Of a stretch of 64,000 nt of DNA, positions 8,181 through 17,673 are shown one piece after another (the first letter of the stretch is position 1; each line of letters opens with the position of its first letter). The position numbers and the translations under genes were made by a program. The notes under the pieces were generated by a model that was not told the DNA's origin, did not search any database, and saw only the letters and a list, made by a program, of their open reading frames with translations. The DNA is taken from contig JADHVV010000003.1 of the NCBI GenBank assembly GCA_016783825.1, positions 45 to 64,044 of the forward strand. Direction: 5' to 3'. Source of the DNA: Candidatus Zhuqueibacterota bacterium. GTDB lineage: Bacteria > Zhuqueibacterota > Zhuqueibacteria > Thermofontimicrobiales > Thermofontimicrobiaceae.

Positions 8181-9647
8181 ATGAAAGACGAAAAGAAGAA
8201 GTTGACCACCAATGCAGGCGCTCCCGTACCTGACAATCAGAATGTGATGACTGCTGGGCCTCGCGGCCCGCAGTTGCTGCAAGATGTCTGGTTCTTGGAA
8301 AAACTTGCCCACTTTGATCGTGAGGTCATCCCTGAGAGGCGCATGCATGCCAAGGGGTCTGGGGCGTATGGAACCTTCACCGTTACTCATGACATCACCC
8401 GCTACACCAAGGCAAAGATTTTCTCTGAGATTGGAAAGAAGACCGAACTTTTCACACGTTTCTCAACGGTGGCAGGTGAGCGCGGAGCGGCAGACGCGGA
8501 GCGTGATATCCGTGGATTTGCCATGAAATTCTACACTGAAGAGGGTAACTGGGACCTGGTGGGTAATAACACGCCCGTCTTCTTCCTGCGCGATCCACTC
8601 AAGTTCCCTGACCTTAACCACGCAGTGAAGCGAGATCCCCGAACAAACCTGCGTAGCGCCCGCAATAACTGGGACTTCTGGACATCACTGCCGGAGGCGT
8701 TACACCAAATCACAATAACCATGAGTGACCGCGGTATTCCTTACTCTTATCGCCACATGCACGGCTTTGGAAGTCATACCTTTAGCCTCATCAATGCCCA
8801 AAATGAACGGTACTGGGTGAAGTTCCATTTTGTCAGCCAACAGGGCATCAAGAACCTAACAGATGCCGAGGCCGAGGCCACCATAGGTAAGTGCCGGGAA
8901 AGCCACCAACGCGACCTCTATGAAAGCATTGAGAAGAAGGACTTTCCGAAGTGGAAGCTTTTCATCCAAGTAATGCCGGAGAAGGAAACCGCCAACTGCC
9001 CGTACAATCCATTTGACCTGACAAAGGTATGGCTCCGCAAGGACTACCCGCTAATTGAGGTCGGTATTTTGGAGCTGAATCGCAACCCCGAAAACTATTT
9101 TGCTGAGGTCGAACAGTCCGCCTTCAACCCGGCCAATATCGTCCCTGGTATTGGTTTTTCACCCGATAAAATGTTACAGGGCCGTCTGTTCTCGTACGGT
9201 GATGCTCAGCGTTATCGGCTTGGTGTGAACCACCACCTGATTCCGGTCAACGCATCGCGCTGCCCCTTCCACAGTTACCACCGCGATGGAGCCATGCGAG
9301 TCGACGGCAACCATAGCGGCACTCTCGGTTATGAGCCAAACAGCTACGGTGAGTGGGAACAACAGCCAGGCTTTTCAGAACCACCTATTAGCCTGGACGG
9401 AGCTGCCGATCATTGGAACCATCGTGATGACGACGATTACTACACCCAGCCCGGCTTGCTTTTCCGACTGATGAGCCCTGAACAGAAAGAAGCGCTCTTC
9501 GCCAATACCGCCCGTGCCATGGGCGATGCTCCCGAGGAGATTAAGATCCGCCATATCGGCAACTGCAAGAATGCCGATCCGGCTTATGGAAAGGGCGTGG
9601 CCGACGCTTTGGGCATTTTATTTGACGATGTACCCAGAGAGTCATGA
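8181..9647 (+). CDS. katA: monofunctional heme catalase
   Basis: 488 aa. FDRE.IPER..HAKG.GA.G.F, RFSTV.GE.G.AD..RD.RGFA.KFYT and VGNNTPVFF blocks. Visibly higher GC than its neighbours. Confidence 0.95.
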   Translation: MKDEKKKLTTNAGAPVPDNQNVMTAGPRGPQLLQDVWFLEKLAHFDREVIPERRMHAKGSGAYGTFTVTHDITRYTKAKIFSEIGKKTELFTRFSTVAGERGAADAERDIRGFAMKFYTEEGNWDLVGNNTPVFFLRDPLKFPDLNHAVKRDPRTNLRSARNNWDFWTSLPEALHQITITMSDRGIPYSYRHMHGFGSHTFSLINAQNERYWVKFHFVSQQGIKNLTDAEAEATIGKCRESHQRDLYESIEKKDFPKWKLFIQVMPEKETANCPYNPFDLTKVWLRKDYPLIEVGILELNRNPENYFAEVEQSAFNPANIVPGIGFSPDKMLQGRLFSYGDAQRYRLGVNHHLIPVNASRCPFHSYHRDGAMRVDGNHSGTLGYEPNSYGEWEQQPGFSEPPISLDGAADHWNHRDDDDYYTQPGLLFRLMSPEQKEALFANTARAMGDAPEEIKIRHIGNCKNADPAYGKGVADALGILFDDVPRES

Positions 9648-9670
9648 AGCAAGCAGCTAACAAACAAATT

Positions 9671-9697
9671 CAGCGGACGCAAAAAGCCGCGCCGCTG
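9671..9697 (+). terminator. GC-rich hairpin after the catalase gene
   Basis: cagcgg(a)cgc-aaaaagcc-gcgccgctg followed by attt. The U-tract is weak. Confidence 0.4.
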
Positions 9698-9818
9698 ATT
9701 TGGGTTAGAAGTACACCAAAGTATAAGCTAATAACTACTTCTATTTTAGCTCACTTTAGGTTATTACACTTTAGAGCACTTCAAACTTTAGGCATTTTCA
9801 TGTTTTTGTAATTTGCTT

Positions 9819-9840
9819 CTGGCTTGTCCAGATTAGGAAA
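9819..9840. repeat. solo copy of a 22-nt motif related to the MITE family A terminus
   Basis: ctggcttgtccagattaggaaa matches 52521-52542 at 21/22 positions and resembles the cttagtcagattagga end at 17465-17480. Confidence 0.45.
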
Positions 9841-9889
9841 TAAATATAAATCATATTAACTTATAACTTAAAATTAGGAGAATCAGTAA

Positions 9890-10438
9890 ATGAAAAAATT
9901 CGTATGTTCAGTATGTGGTTATGTACACGAAGGTGATGCCCCACCGGAAAAATGTCCCCAGTGCGGCGCACCAGCAGATAAATTTTATGAGCAAAAAGCT
10001 GGAGAATTGAATTGGGCAGATGAGCATAAGATAGGCGTTGCAAAAGGCGTTGATCCTGATGTTGTTGAAGGTCTCAAAATGAATTTTACAGGTGAATGCG
10101 CAGAAGTTGGCATGTATCTTGCGATGAGCCGTCAGGCAGATAGAGAAGGTTATCCTGAAGTAGCAGAAGCTTATAAAAGAATCGCCTGGGAAGAAGCAGA
10201 ACATGCTTCAAAATTTGCTGAATTATTAGGCGAAGTTGTGGTAGCAGATACCAAGACAAACCTGAAAATGCGAGTCGATGCTGAATTTGGTGCTTGTCAG
10301 GGTAAAAAGGATTTAGCGACAAAAGCAAAACAATTAAATTACGATGCTATTCATGACACAGTTCATGAAATGTGTAAAGATGAAGCGCGTCATGGCGCTG
10401 CTTTTGCCGGACTTTTGAAACGCTATTTCGGTGAATAG
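9890..10438 (+). CDS. reverse rubrerythrin (N-terminal rubredoxin-like domain + diiron bundle)
   Basis: 182 aa. N-terminal CSVCGY...CPQCG, then EC.E..MYLAM and EEAEHA, DEARHG ligand motifs. Confidence 0.85.
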   Translation: MKKFVCSVCGYVHEGDAPPEKCPQCGAPADKFYEQKAGELNWADEHKIGVAKGVDPDVVEGLKMNFTGECAEVGMYLAMSRQADREGYPEVAEAYKRIAWEEAEHASKFAELLGEVVVADTKTNLKMRVDAEFGACQGKKDLATKAKQLNYDAIHDTVHEMCKDEARHGAAFAGLLKRYFGE

Positions 10439-10456
10439 ATTGGTAAAGGAATAATT

Positions 10457-11224
10457 ATGAACGAAAATCTTGGCATTGCGTTACTGCTAACCACCGGAGC
10501 CGGACTTGCTACGACGATTGGGAGTTTGATAGGTTTAGCAGTGCGCAAACCAGGACCCAAGTTTATGGGATTTACGCTCGGTTTTTCTGCCGGTGTGATG
10601 ATCCTGGTTTCTTTTGTTGAGTTGCTGCAAGGGAGCGTTGAGTCCATCGGATTTTTATCTGCTCACCTGGCATTTTTTCTTGGTATGATAAGTTTTTTCC
10701 TGATTGATACACTGATACCTCATGATTACATCGGTCAGTATGACCACAAGATATGCGAATCAGATCATGGATTGAAGCGTACCGGCATGCTCATCGCATT
10801 AGGCATTGGAGTTCATAATTTCCCTGAAGGTTTAGCAACTTTTGCCGGCGCGCTTGAGGATGTTCATCTTGGAATCGCAATTGCAGTAGCCATAGCTATC
10901 CACAATATTCCGGAAGGACTGGCAGTTTCTGCGCCTATTTACGCAGCAACCGGTAGTCGTAAAAAAGCATTTTTCTGGTCATTTCTCTCTGGTGTGAGTG
11001 AACCAATTGGCGCGGGTCTGGCAGCGCTTGTGCTTTTGCCTTTTTTAACAACAGTAGTTGTTGGTTGGCTGCTTGCAGCGGTTGCCGGGATAATGATTGC
11101 TATTTCACTCGATGAAATAATACCCGTAGCAAAAACTTTTGGAGGTGAGCATTCGCACGTACCTATACTCGGTATTATCACTGGTATGTTTGTAATGGCG
11201 GTCAGTCTGTGGTTACTGAATTGA
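10457..11224 (+). CDS. zupT: ZIP-family zinc transporter ZupT
   Basis: 255 aa, multi-TM, with HNFPEGLA and HNIPEGLAV motifs. Confidence 0.9.
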   Translation: MNENLGIALLLTTGAGLATTIGSLIGLAVRKPGPKFMGFTLGFSAGVMILVSFVELLQGSVESIGFLSAHLAFFLGMISFFLIDTLIPHDYIGQYDHKICESDHGLKRTGMLIALGIGVHNFPEGLATFAGALEDVHLGIAIAVAIAIHNIPEGLAVSAPIYAATGSRKKAFFWSFLSGVSEPIGAGLAALVLLPFLTTVVVGWLLAAVAGIMIAISLDEIIPVAKTFGGEHSHVPILGIITGMFVMAVSLWLLN

Positions 11225-11349
11225 TATAATATCAGATCTATACATAAAGAAAAAATATAGACAAAATTATGGATGACAAAATGATAGTTTATCAAGACAT
11301 TTAGTAACATTTCACCATTTGTGTTATTCATTATTTTGATATCAGAACA

Positions 11350-11458
11350 ATGATTAACGATTTACGATTTTAGAAGTATTGTTGATATTTTCAATCAAAT
11401 TTTATAATTCAACGTTCCTTCATAAATCAAAAATCGTTAATCTTTATTCGTAAATCAT
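11350..11458. repeat. word-built hairpin (GATTAACGATTTACGA words) downstream of zupT
   Basis: atgattaacgatttacgatttt (11350-11371) vs aaaaatcgttaatctttattcgtaaatcat (11429-11458). Confidence 0.5.
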
Positions 11459-11647
11459 CTTTTTAGAAAAAAATGTTAGGGAGGTGAACTATTACGACAT
11501 TTATTTTTTTGTCGTCCATTATTTTGTCTTTTGATGTGAATTGTAGTTACCAAATCATTTGAACAATTAACAATTCAGGAATGGGATGAATAAATTATCG
11601 AATTACACATCCTATCTTTTTAACTACATTTAAGAAAAAAGGAAAGT

Positions 11648-12997
11648 ATGATGAAAAATTCAATTTTGTCTGTTATTATTCTTTTCTGTCTATCCACTTT
11701 AATCTTCTCTCAAGATTTACCAGGGGGCGAAGAAGCACTTGGTACAAAAAAATACGAACAATATGAAAAACCTGAAGCTTGCAAAAGCTGTCACCCTGAT
11801 ATTTACCAGCAGTGGACGCAAGCAATGATGTCACAGGCTTATACGCACCATTGGGACGAAATTGAATATTTTGATCTGGCAGTTGAACATGGAAAGGTCG
11901 ATCCCAAGTTTGCCCCTGTTGCTGACGGTTGCAATGGATGCCATACTCCCATTGCATTTCTATCGGGTGATGTACCGCCTCCGAGACCTTCTGAAAACTC
12001 AAGGGCTAATGAAAGTGTGAGCTGCGATGTGTGCCACACAATAAAAAGCTTTAAGGGTGATGAACCATTTAATTTCAGTTACATCTCCCAACCAGGCAGG
12101 TTAAAATGGGGGAATAAACCCGGATTAACATCTCCCCATCACGACACAGAAGAAAGCGATTTTATGAAACAAGCTGAATTTTGCGGGAACTGCCACAATG
12201 AAAAAGATCCCTTTGGCATTTGGGTAAAGTCAACCCATTTGGAGTGGAAAGAAGGACCTTATGCAAAGCAGGGCGTTCCCTGTCATCAGTGCCACATGCC
12301 AAAAGCCTGGGGGAAGAACGCCACCATGGCTGAAAAAAGTATGGTCTCCCAACACCTGTTTCACGGGGGACATGATGCAGGTAAAGTTGCCGGTACCATC
12401 GAATTGCGAATGCACCCCGAAGAAAGAGAAGTGGAATATGACGGAACCATTGTTTTAAAAGTTCAACTTTTTAACGGAAAAACCGGGCATAAATTCCCCA
12501 CTGGTTCTGTTGAAGATCGAATTGTTTGGCTACATGTCACTGCGACAGATGCAAATGGAAAAGAGTACCATCTGCCGGTGGATAAAAAAGGATTTGATGG
12601 GGAAGAGTACACCATCGCAGCCGATGTGTTAGCTTACCAGGATATGGGAATCCCCAAGCGTGATCCAAATTTCAAAGGGGTGCAAAGGGATGGTGTGCCA
12701 TTTGGAGACCGAATTTTTCGAATGCCCTATTTTGATCCCCAGGGCAGAATGACCATTATGCAATGGAATACGGCTTCACTGGGAGTTGATTATCGTTTCG
12801 GACCGCGGGAAACAAAAATTGAAACTTTTAGCTGGGTATTACCGGGTGATATCCCGGAAGGGAAAGTCAACTTTAAGGCAAAGCTATTTTATCAATTACT
12901 CGTTAAACCGGTTGGTGATTATCTTGGTGTCCCGGAAGAAGAAACAACACCAATCTTGGTGAATTCAGCTTCGACCTGGGTTGAGATTTACGAATAA
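11648..12997 (+). CDS. secreted pentaheme c-type cytochrome
   Basis: 449 aa with a signal peptide. Five CxxCH (CKSCH, CNGCH, CDVCH, CGNCH, CHQCH). The C-terminal half is non-heme (GHKFPTGSVEDR...). Confidence 0.75.
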   Translation: MMKNSILSVIILFCLSTLIFSQDLPGGEEALGTKKYEQYEKPEACKSCHPDIYQQWTQAMMSQAYTHHWDEIEYFDLAVEHGKVDPKFAPVADGCNGCHTPIAFLSGDVPPPRPSENSRANESVSCDVCHTIKSFKGDEPFNFSYISQPGRLKWGNKPGLTSPHHDTEESDFMKQAEFCGNCHNEKDPFGIWVKSTHLEWKEGPYAKQGVPCHQCHMPKAWGKNATMAEKSMVSQHLFHGGHDAGKVAGTIELRMHPEEREVEYDGTIVLKVQLFNGKTGHKFPTGSVEDRIVWLHVTATDANGKEYHLPVDKKGFDGEEYTIAADVLAYQDMGIPKRDPNFKGVQRDGVPFGDRIFRMPYFDPQGRMTIMQWNTASLGVDYRFGPRETKIETFSWVLPGDIPEGKVNFKAKLFYQLLVKPVGDYLGVPEEETTPILVNSASTWVEIYE

Positions 12998-13013
12998 AAA
13001 TAGGAGAGTAAAG

Positions 13014-14201
13014 ATGAATCTTAAAAAAATAATTTTGTTAATAATAATTTTTACGCCTTTTCTAACTATATTCACAACATCAGACTCTAATGCGATCCCT
13101 GCATTTGCGCGACGATATAAAATCTCCTGTACAACCTGCCACGCTCCCATACCTAAATTGAAACCTTATGGGGATGAATTTGCCGGCAATGGTTTCATCA
13201 TGAAAGAAAATGAAAAAGCGCGCGATTATGTCAGCGCTGGTGATGATCTTCTCTGGTTGAATAAAGATTTTCCGGTTGGTGTTCGTTTTGATGCCTACGC
13301 GGTTTATGATGAGGATAAACCGGTTGATAAAGATTTGCAGATTCCGTGGGGGCTGAAAATATTATCTGGCGGGACTTTGTACAAAAATATTGGCTATTAT
13401 TTTTATTTCTATTTTTCCGAACGGGGTGAAGTGGCAGGCATTGAAGACGCTTATATTCACTTCGATAATATTTTCGGATCAAACCTCGATATTATGGTGG
13501 GACAATTTCAGACATCAGATCCCTTAATGAAAAGAGAGCTTCGTTTGACGTTTGAAGATTACATGATCTATAAACAAAGATTCGGTTTATCAAGAACCAA
13601 CCTGGCTTATGACCGAGGATTAGTGTTTGTTTATGGAATTGAAAAAACCGGCACTGATTTAATCGCACTGGTTGTGAACGGAAATGGAAAAGACGAAGCC
13701 GGTGCTGATAAAAAATTTGATGATGATCCATTCAAGAATTTTGGCTTTCGAATCAATCAGGGGATTGGTAAAATAGCAAGCATTGGTGCATATTTTTATA
13801 AGGGCAGGGAAAAGTACGTTTATTCCGATGGAATGCTTGGAACATTTGAAAATGAACTTACTTATATCGGACCCGATTTAAACGTTGGAATTGGTCCCAT
13901 CGAGTTTACTTTTCAATACCTTTTGAGAAAAGATACGAATCCATTTTTTCTTTCACAATCAGAAGAGTATAAATCAAAAGGAACAATAGCCGAAATTATT
14001 TATTCTCCAAAACTTGATAAATCAAGATTCTTTTTAACCGGTTTGTATAACAAAATAGATTCTGATCTCTATAAATACGAAACAGCAACGTTGAGCGGAA
14101 CTTATCTTGTAGCTCGAAATCTGCGTTTGATTGCGGAATTTACCCGGGATTTGGAACATGATTTAAACAGGTTTACTTTGGGATTGGTGAGTGGATTTTA
14201 A
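13014..14201 (+). CDS. putative outer-membrane beta-barrel protein with an N-terminal CxxCH motif
   Basis: ATG 13014 follows TAGGAGAG. Signal peptide ending SNA. The mature N-terminus is IPAFARRYKISCTTCH. The rest is rich in alternating aromatic/Gly beta-strand-like segments and ends in ...LGLVSGF (terminal Phe). Starts 17 nt after the cytochrome stop. Confidence 0.5.
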   Translation: MNLKKIILLIIIFTPFLTIFTTSDSNAIPAFARRYKISCTTCHAPIPKLKPYGDEFAGNGFIMKENEKARDYVSAGDDLLWLNKDFPVGVRFDAYAVYDEDKPVDKDLQIPWGLKILSGGTLYKNIGYYFYFYFSERGEVAGIEDAYIHFDNIFGSNLDIMVGQFQTSDPLMKRELRLTFEDYMIYKQRFGLSRTNLAYDRGLVFVYGIEKTGTDLIALVVNGNGKDEAGADKKFDDDPFKNFGFRINQGIGKIASIGAYFYKGREKYVYSDGMLGTFENELTYIGPDLNVGIGPIEFTFQYLLRKDTNPFFLSQSEEYKSKGTIAEIIYSPKLDKSRFFLTGLYNKIDSDLYKYETATLSGTYLVARNLRLIAEFTRDLEHDLNRFTLGLVSGF

Positions 14202-14269
14202 TTCTTGATATTGGATACTAGCTGCTGGCTTCTGGATTTAATGTATAGGAAGTTATACAGTGTTTTAGA

Positions 14270-14352
14270 ATTGTAATTGGAATCTTGGAGTGATGGAAAT
14301 TGGATTATTGTTATTGTTGCATTGATCCGGTGCTCCATTTTTCCAGTTCCAT
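14270..14352. repeat. word-built hairpin (TTGGA/ATGGA words) after the barrel gene
   Basis: attgtaattggaatcttggagtgatggaaattggatt vs gatccggtgctccatttttccagttccat. Confidence 0.45.
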
Positions 14353-14389
14353 AATAATAAATTATTTTAATTAAATAAAGAGGTGAGCT

Positions 14390-15193
14390 ATGTACAGAAA
14401 ATTATTTACTCTCGTTTCAATTTTTATTTTAGCAGCAACGACTTATTTGCTTTCCAGCTCTGGTGGCAAAACCGGCAGAACACAGTCCGGCTGTACCTGT
14501 CATGGAAGTTTGAGTGCTGGAAATGCAACGATAAGTCTGACATCAAATCCTGATATATTTTCCGGTAGTGGTTATTCTCCTGGAAATTCTTACACGTTAT
14601 CTTTGACTGTTACTGGCGGTCCTTCTGGTACTAAAGGTGGATTTAATTTAAAACCATCAGCAGGTACGTTATCAAATGCGGGATTGAACGCGAAAATTGT
14701 TGGTACAGAAGCAACTCAATCAAATGCAGACTCAAGATCGTGGACAATTGATTGGACTGCCCCGGATGCTTCTGTTGAATCGGTTACTTTTTATTATGCC
14801 TGGAATGCGGTTAATGGCAACTTTAGTACATCCGGGGATGATCCGACCCCAACAGAAACGAAAACTGCAAATCTTCAAACGACATCGGTTAGAAATCAGG
14901 ATTCACCAGTAATAGGCGATTTCCATGTTTATCAAAATTATCCGAATCCGTTTAATTCGGAAACAAAGATTCAATATCAAATTAGCAAGGCGGGTGAAGT
15001 AAAACTGAAAATATTTGATATAAGCGGCAAAAAAATCTTTCAAGTTATTCAGAATAATAGTCATGCCGGGAATTTTTATTTTACCTGGAATGGTAAAACA
15101 AATAGAGGAATGGCTGCTGTTTCGGGTACTTATATTTACCAGGTGGGATTTGATCGCAACATTATATCTAACAAATTAATATTGCTGAAGTAA
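14390..15193 (+). CDS. secreted protein with conserved GKTG..(4)..GCxCHG N-terminal motif and T9SS C-terminal sorting domain
   Basis: 267 aa with a signal peptide. Motif SSGGKTGRTQSGCTCHG. Roughly 45 % identical by eye to the 16034 paralog over about 135 aa. The C-terminus has QNYPNPFNSET.... Confidence 0.6.
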   Translation: MYRKLFTLVSIFILAATTYLLSSSGGKTGRTQSGCTCHGSLSAGNATISLTSNPDIFSGSGYSPGNSYTLSLTVTGGPSGTKGGFNLKPSAGTLSNAGLNAKIVGTEATQSNADSRSWTIDWTAPDASVESVTFYYAWNAVNGNFSTSGDDPTPTETKTANLQTTSVRNQDSPVIGDFHVYQNYPNPFNSETKIQYQISKAGEVKLKIFDISGKKIFQVIQNNSHAGNFYFTWNGKTNRGMAAVSGTYIYQVGFDRNIISNKLILLK

Positions 15194-15219
15194 AAGTTAT
15201 TTAAAAAAAGGAAACTAAA

Positions 15220-15426
15220 ATGAAAAAAAATATTGGTATCTTTGATAAAGTTTTCAGGATTATTATCGGTCTGGCAATACTTATTTTAGGAATTATTTAT
15301 AATAGTTGGCTTGGTTTGATTGGACTGGTGCCGATTGTAACAGCGTTATTAGGCAGGTGTCCGGCGTATTCGCCATTCGGGATTTCCACATGTAAAGCCA
15401 AGGAAACAAAGAACAATGGTAAATGA
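15220..15426 (+). CDS. DUF2892 (YgaP-like) small membrane protein
   Basis: 68 aa. D...R...G......G........G..P..TA..G.CP.Y pattern. Confidence 0.75.
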   Translation: MKKNIGIFDKVFRIIIGLAILILGIIYNSWLGLIGLVPIVTALLGRCPAYSPFGISTCKAKETKNNGK

Positions 15427-15985
15427 AATGTCAACACAAATTTTAAATATTCTAAAAGACAGGAAAGCAACGCGCGCTTTTTCATCTGCAAAATTACCTG
15501 AAGAAATGATAAACCAATTGATGGACGCAGCACAGCTTTCTGCCTCCTGTTTTAATAATCAACCGTGGCGTTTTTTATTTTTAACTGAAGAAAGTGCTCT
15601 TGAAAAGGGAAGAATGGCGCTTTCAAAAGGGAACGGTTGGGCAAAAGAGGCGCTGCTATTGGTAGTAGGATTCACAAAACCGGATTTGGATTGTCAACTT
15701 CCTGACGGACGGAATTATTTTCAATTTGACCTGGGAATGGCAGTGCAAAATATATTACTTCAGGCTACCGAGTTGAATTTAGTGGCTCGCCCAATGGCTG
15801 GCTTCTCTCAGGACGTAATCAGGCAGGAGTTTGACATCCCAAAGGAATTTGAAATTATGGTTATGGTAGCAATTGGTTTTGAAGGAAATATTAATGAGAT
15901 GGATGAGAAATTGCAAGCAAAATCAAAAGAGCCTCGAAAAAGGAATCCATTGCCAGCTAATTTTTTTATTAATAATTATGAATGA
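15416..15985 (+). CDS. nitroreductase-family flavoprotein
   Basis: 189 aa. R.ATRAF, APS..N.QPWRF-like NNQPWRFLF and a C-terminal conserved R...P. Confidence 0.85.
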   Translation: MVNEMSTQILNILKDRKATRAFSSAKLPEEMINQLMDAAQLSASCFNNQPWRFLFLTEESALEKGRMALSKGNGWAKEALLLVVGFTKPDLDCQLPDGRNYFQFDLGMAVQNILLQATELNLVARPMAGFSQDVIRQEFDIPKEFEIMVMVAIGFEGNINEMDEKLQAKSKEPRKRNPLPANFFINNYE

Positions 15986-16033
15986 ATTAGTCATAATAAC
16001 AAAAACAAACCATCAAGCTTAAAAGGAACTCAT

Positions 16034-16531
16034 ATGAAAAAAGTAATCACTACCAGTTTTATTTTAATTTTTTCTTTTTTATTTGTTAATATTTTAATAT
16101 CTTCTTCAAAAGGGAAGACAGGATACACGAAAAAAGGTTGTATTTGTCATGGTAAACTTTCTGCTGGAAATTCCACAATTCAGCTTAAAAGCACACCAAA
16201 TATATTTGATAAAAAGGGATTCAATCCGGATAGTACTTACCAGATAATTATTTCATTAAAAGGTGAAACAAAAACAAAGAATGGTGGTTTTAATTTGAAA
16301 GTGTCACATGGAAAATTAACAAAGGACAGTCGGTTTACAAAAATCATGGGACAGGAAGCAACACATGCCAATAATCGAAAAACAGAATGGGTGTTGAATT
16401 GGACTGCACCGAATACGTCAGTAGATACAGTCACTTTTTTTTACACCGGATGTTTGGCGAATGGAAATTATAAAAAGAGTGGTGATGATCCAACAGTGCC
16501 GCAAACTCTAATTGCCCATAAAGCAAAATAA
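16034..16531 (+). CDS. paralog of 14390 (GCxCHG secreted protein) without a T9SS domain
   Basis: 165 aa with a signal peptide. Motif SSKGKTGYTKKGCICHG. Shared blocks GGFNLK, W..WTAP..SV..VTF.Y and SGDDPT. Confidence 0.55.
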   Translation: MKKVITTSFILIFSFLFVNILISSSKGKTGYTKKGCICHGKLSAGNSTIQLKSTPNIFDKKGFNPDSTYQIIISLKGETKTKNGGFNLKVSHGKLTKDSRFTKIMGQEATHANNRKTEWVLNWTAPNTSVDTVTFFYTGCLANGNYKKSGDDPTVPQTLIAHKAK

Positions 16532-16552
16532 TATTTTGAGAAAGGAAAAATC

Positions 16553-16993
16553 ATGAAAGTAAAAGAAATTTTAAAAACTAAAGGCCCTGAAGTCATTACA
16601 ATTGGTGAAGAAAAAACTGTTAAGGAAGCGCTTGCTTCTTTAGTGAAAAATAACATCGGTTCATTAATAGTGATTAATGAAGACGGTAAAATAACAGGGA
16701 TAATTACTGAACGTGATATTTTGAAAGAATGCAATAAAAAAGAAGGGAAGCTTGGAGAACTCATCGTAAAAGATGTAATGACAAAAGATTTAATTATCGG
16801 TGAAGCTGATGATGAAGTTGAGAGTGTAGAAGTAATAATGACAGAAAACAGGGTTCGCCATTTACCCATTTTATCTCAAAAACGCTTGGTTGGCATCATT
16901 TCTATTGGCGATGTTGTGAAAGGGCAGATTCAGGAAAGCCAAGTTGAAAATCGGTATTTGAAAGACTATATCGAAGGAAAGTATCTACCGTAA
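16553..16993 (+). CDS. CBS-domain pair protein
   Basis: 146 aa. Two CBS repeats (G.L.V.......GIITERDI and RHLP.......GIISIGDV). Confidence 0.85.
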   Translation: MKVKEILKTKGPEVITIGEEKTVKEALASLVKNNIGSLIVINEDGKITGIITERDILKECNKKEGKLGELIVKDVMTKDLIIGEADDEVESVEVIMTENRVRHLPILSQKRLVGIISIGDVVKGQIQESQVENRYLKDYIEGKYLP

Positions 16994-16994
16994 T

Positions 16995-17126
16995 GGTGAT
17001 GGAGTGGGAGAGAGGGTGAGAGGGAGACAAGGAGAGATGGTGATGGGGAGAAAACAACATCAAGTATTTAGCATACTTTTTTAGTTATACTTTCTCCCCA
17101 GCTTCCATTATCACGCTCTCCCACTC
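16995..17126. repeat. about 130-nt word-built hairpin (GGAGTGGGAGAG / GGGGAGAAA words) after the CBS gene
   Basis: ggtgatggagtgggagagagggtgag...gatggtgatggggagaaa pairs with tttctccccagcttccattatcacgctctcccactc. Confidence 0.55.
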
Positions 17127-17166
17127 GTTGATGAAAATATAAGAATTTTTAAAATGAGCATGATTA

Positions 17167-17421
17167 ATGGCTATCAAAAAATGCCCCGGAATGGATCCGG
17201 CATATTTTAAACCGGAAGATATTCAAATGCATCGTTGCCTGGAATGCGGGCAAGAACTTGAGTTCTGGAAGGATGATGTGAAACTTAAATGTGCTCATTG
17301 CGGACAAAATAACTTCAATCCGAATTTGGGGAATACGTGTTTGGTTTGGTGTAAAGAAGCTGCGAAGTGTGTTGGAAATGATGATATTAATGAATGGATT
17401 GAAAAACATAATCTAAATTAA
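17167..17421 (+). CDS. small Cys-rich zinc-ribbon-like protein, function unknown
   Basis: 84 aa. CLECG...CAHCG plus further Cys residues. No family recognised. Confidence 0.45.
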   Translation: MAIKKCPGMDPAYFKPEDIQMHRCLECGQELEFWKDDVKLKCAHCGQNNFNPNLGNTCLVWCKEAAKCVGNDDINEWIEKHNLN

Positions 17422-17461
17422 TTTGTGATGAGAAATATTTTATTGCTTGTGGTAATAAATA

Positions 17462-17621
17462 CTACTTAGTCAGATTAGGACAAAAAACAATATTACTAAG
17501 AAAAACCAATGAATGGTACTGTCATTCCGGCAATTTTTAAGCCGGAATCTCCTGTTCTTCTGAGGAGTTTCCCGCTAAAAACGTGCGGGAATGACAGGAT
17601 GACCGAAATCTGACAAAGTAG
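17462..17621. mobile_element. MITE-like nested palindrome, family A copy 1
   Basis: Termini are ctacttagtcagat / atctgacaaagtag. The core hairpin is gtcattccggc...gccggaatc...cgggaatgac (17521-17594). Confidence 0.5.
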
Positions 17622-17673
17622 CCCTAATCCCACCAGTTGTTTTGATAACTAACTTGGACATATCAGAAAAAAT

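Noticed and set aside
9819-9840. A sigma54 (-24/-12) promoter reading of CTGGCTTGTCCAGATTAGG, noticed because a sigma54 activator is encoded in the window.
   Set aside because: There is no GC at the required 10-nt distance from the GG. The motif is better explained as a solo MITE-terminus-like repeat, with a second copy at 52521-52543.
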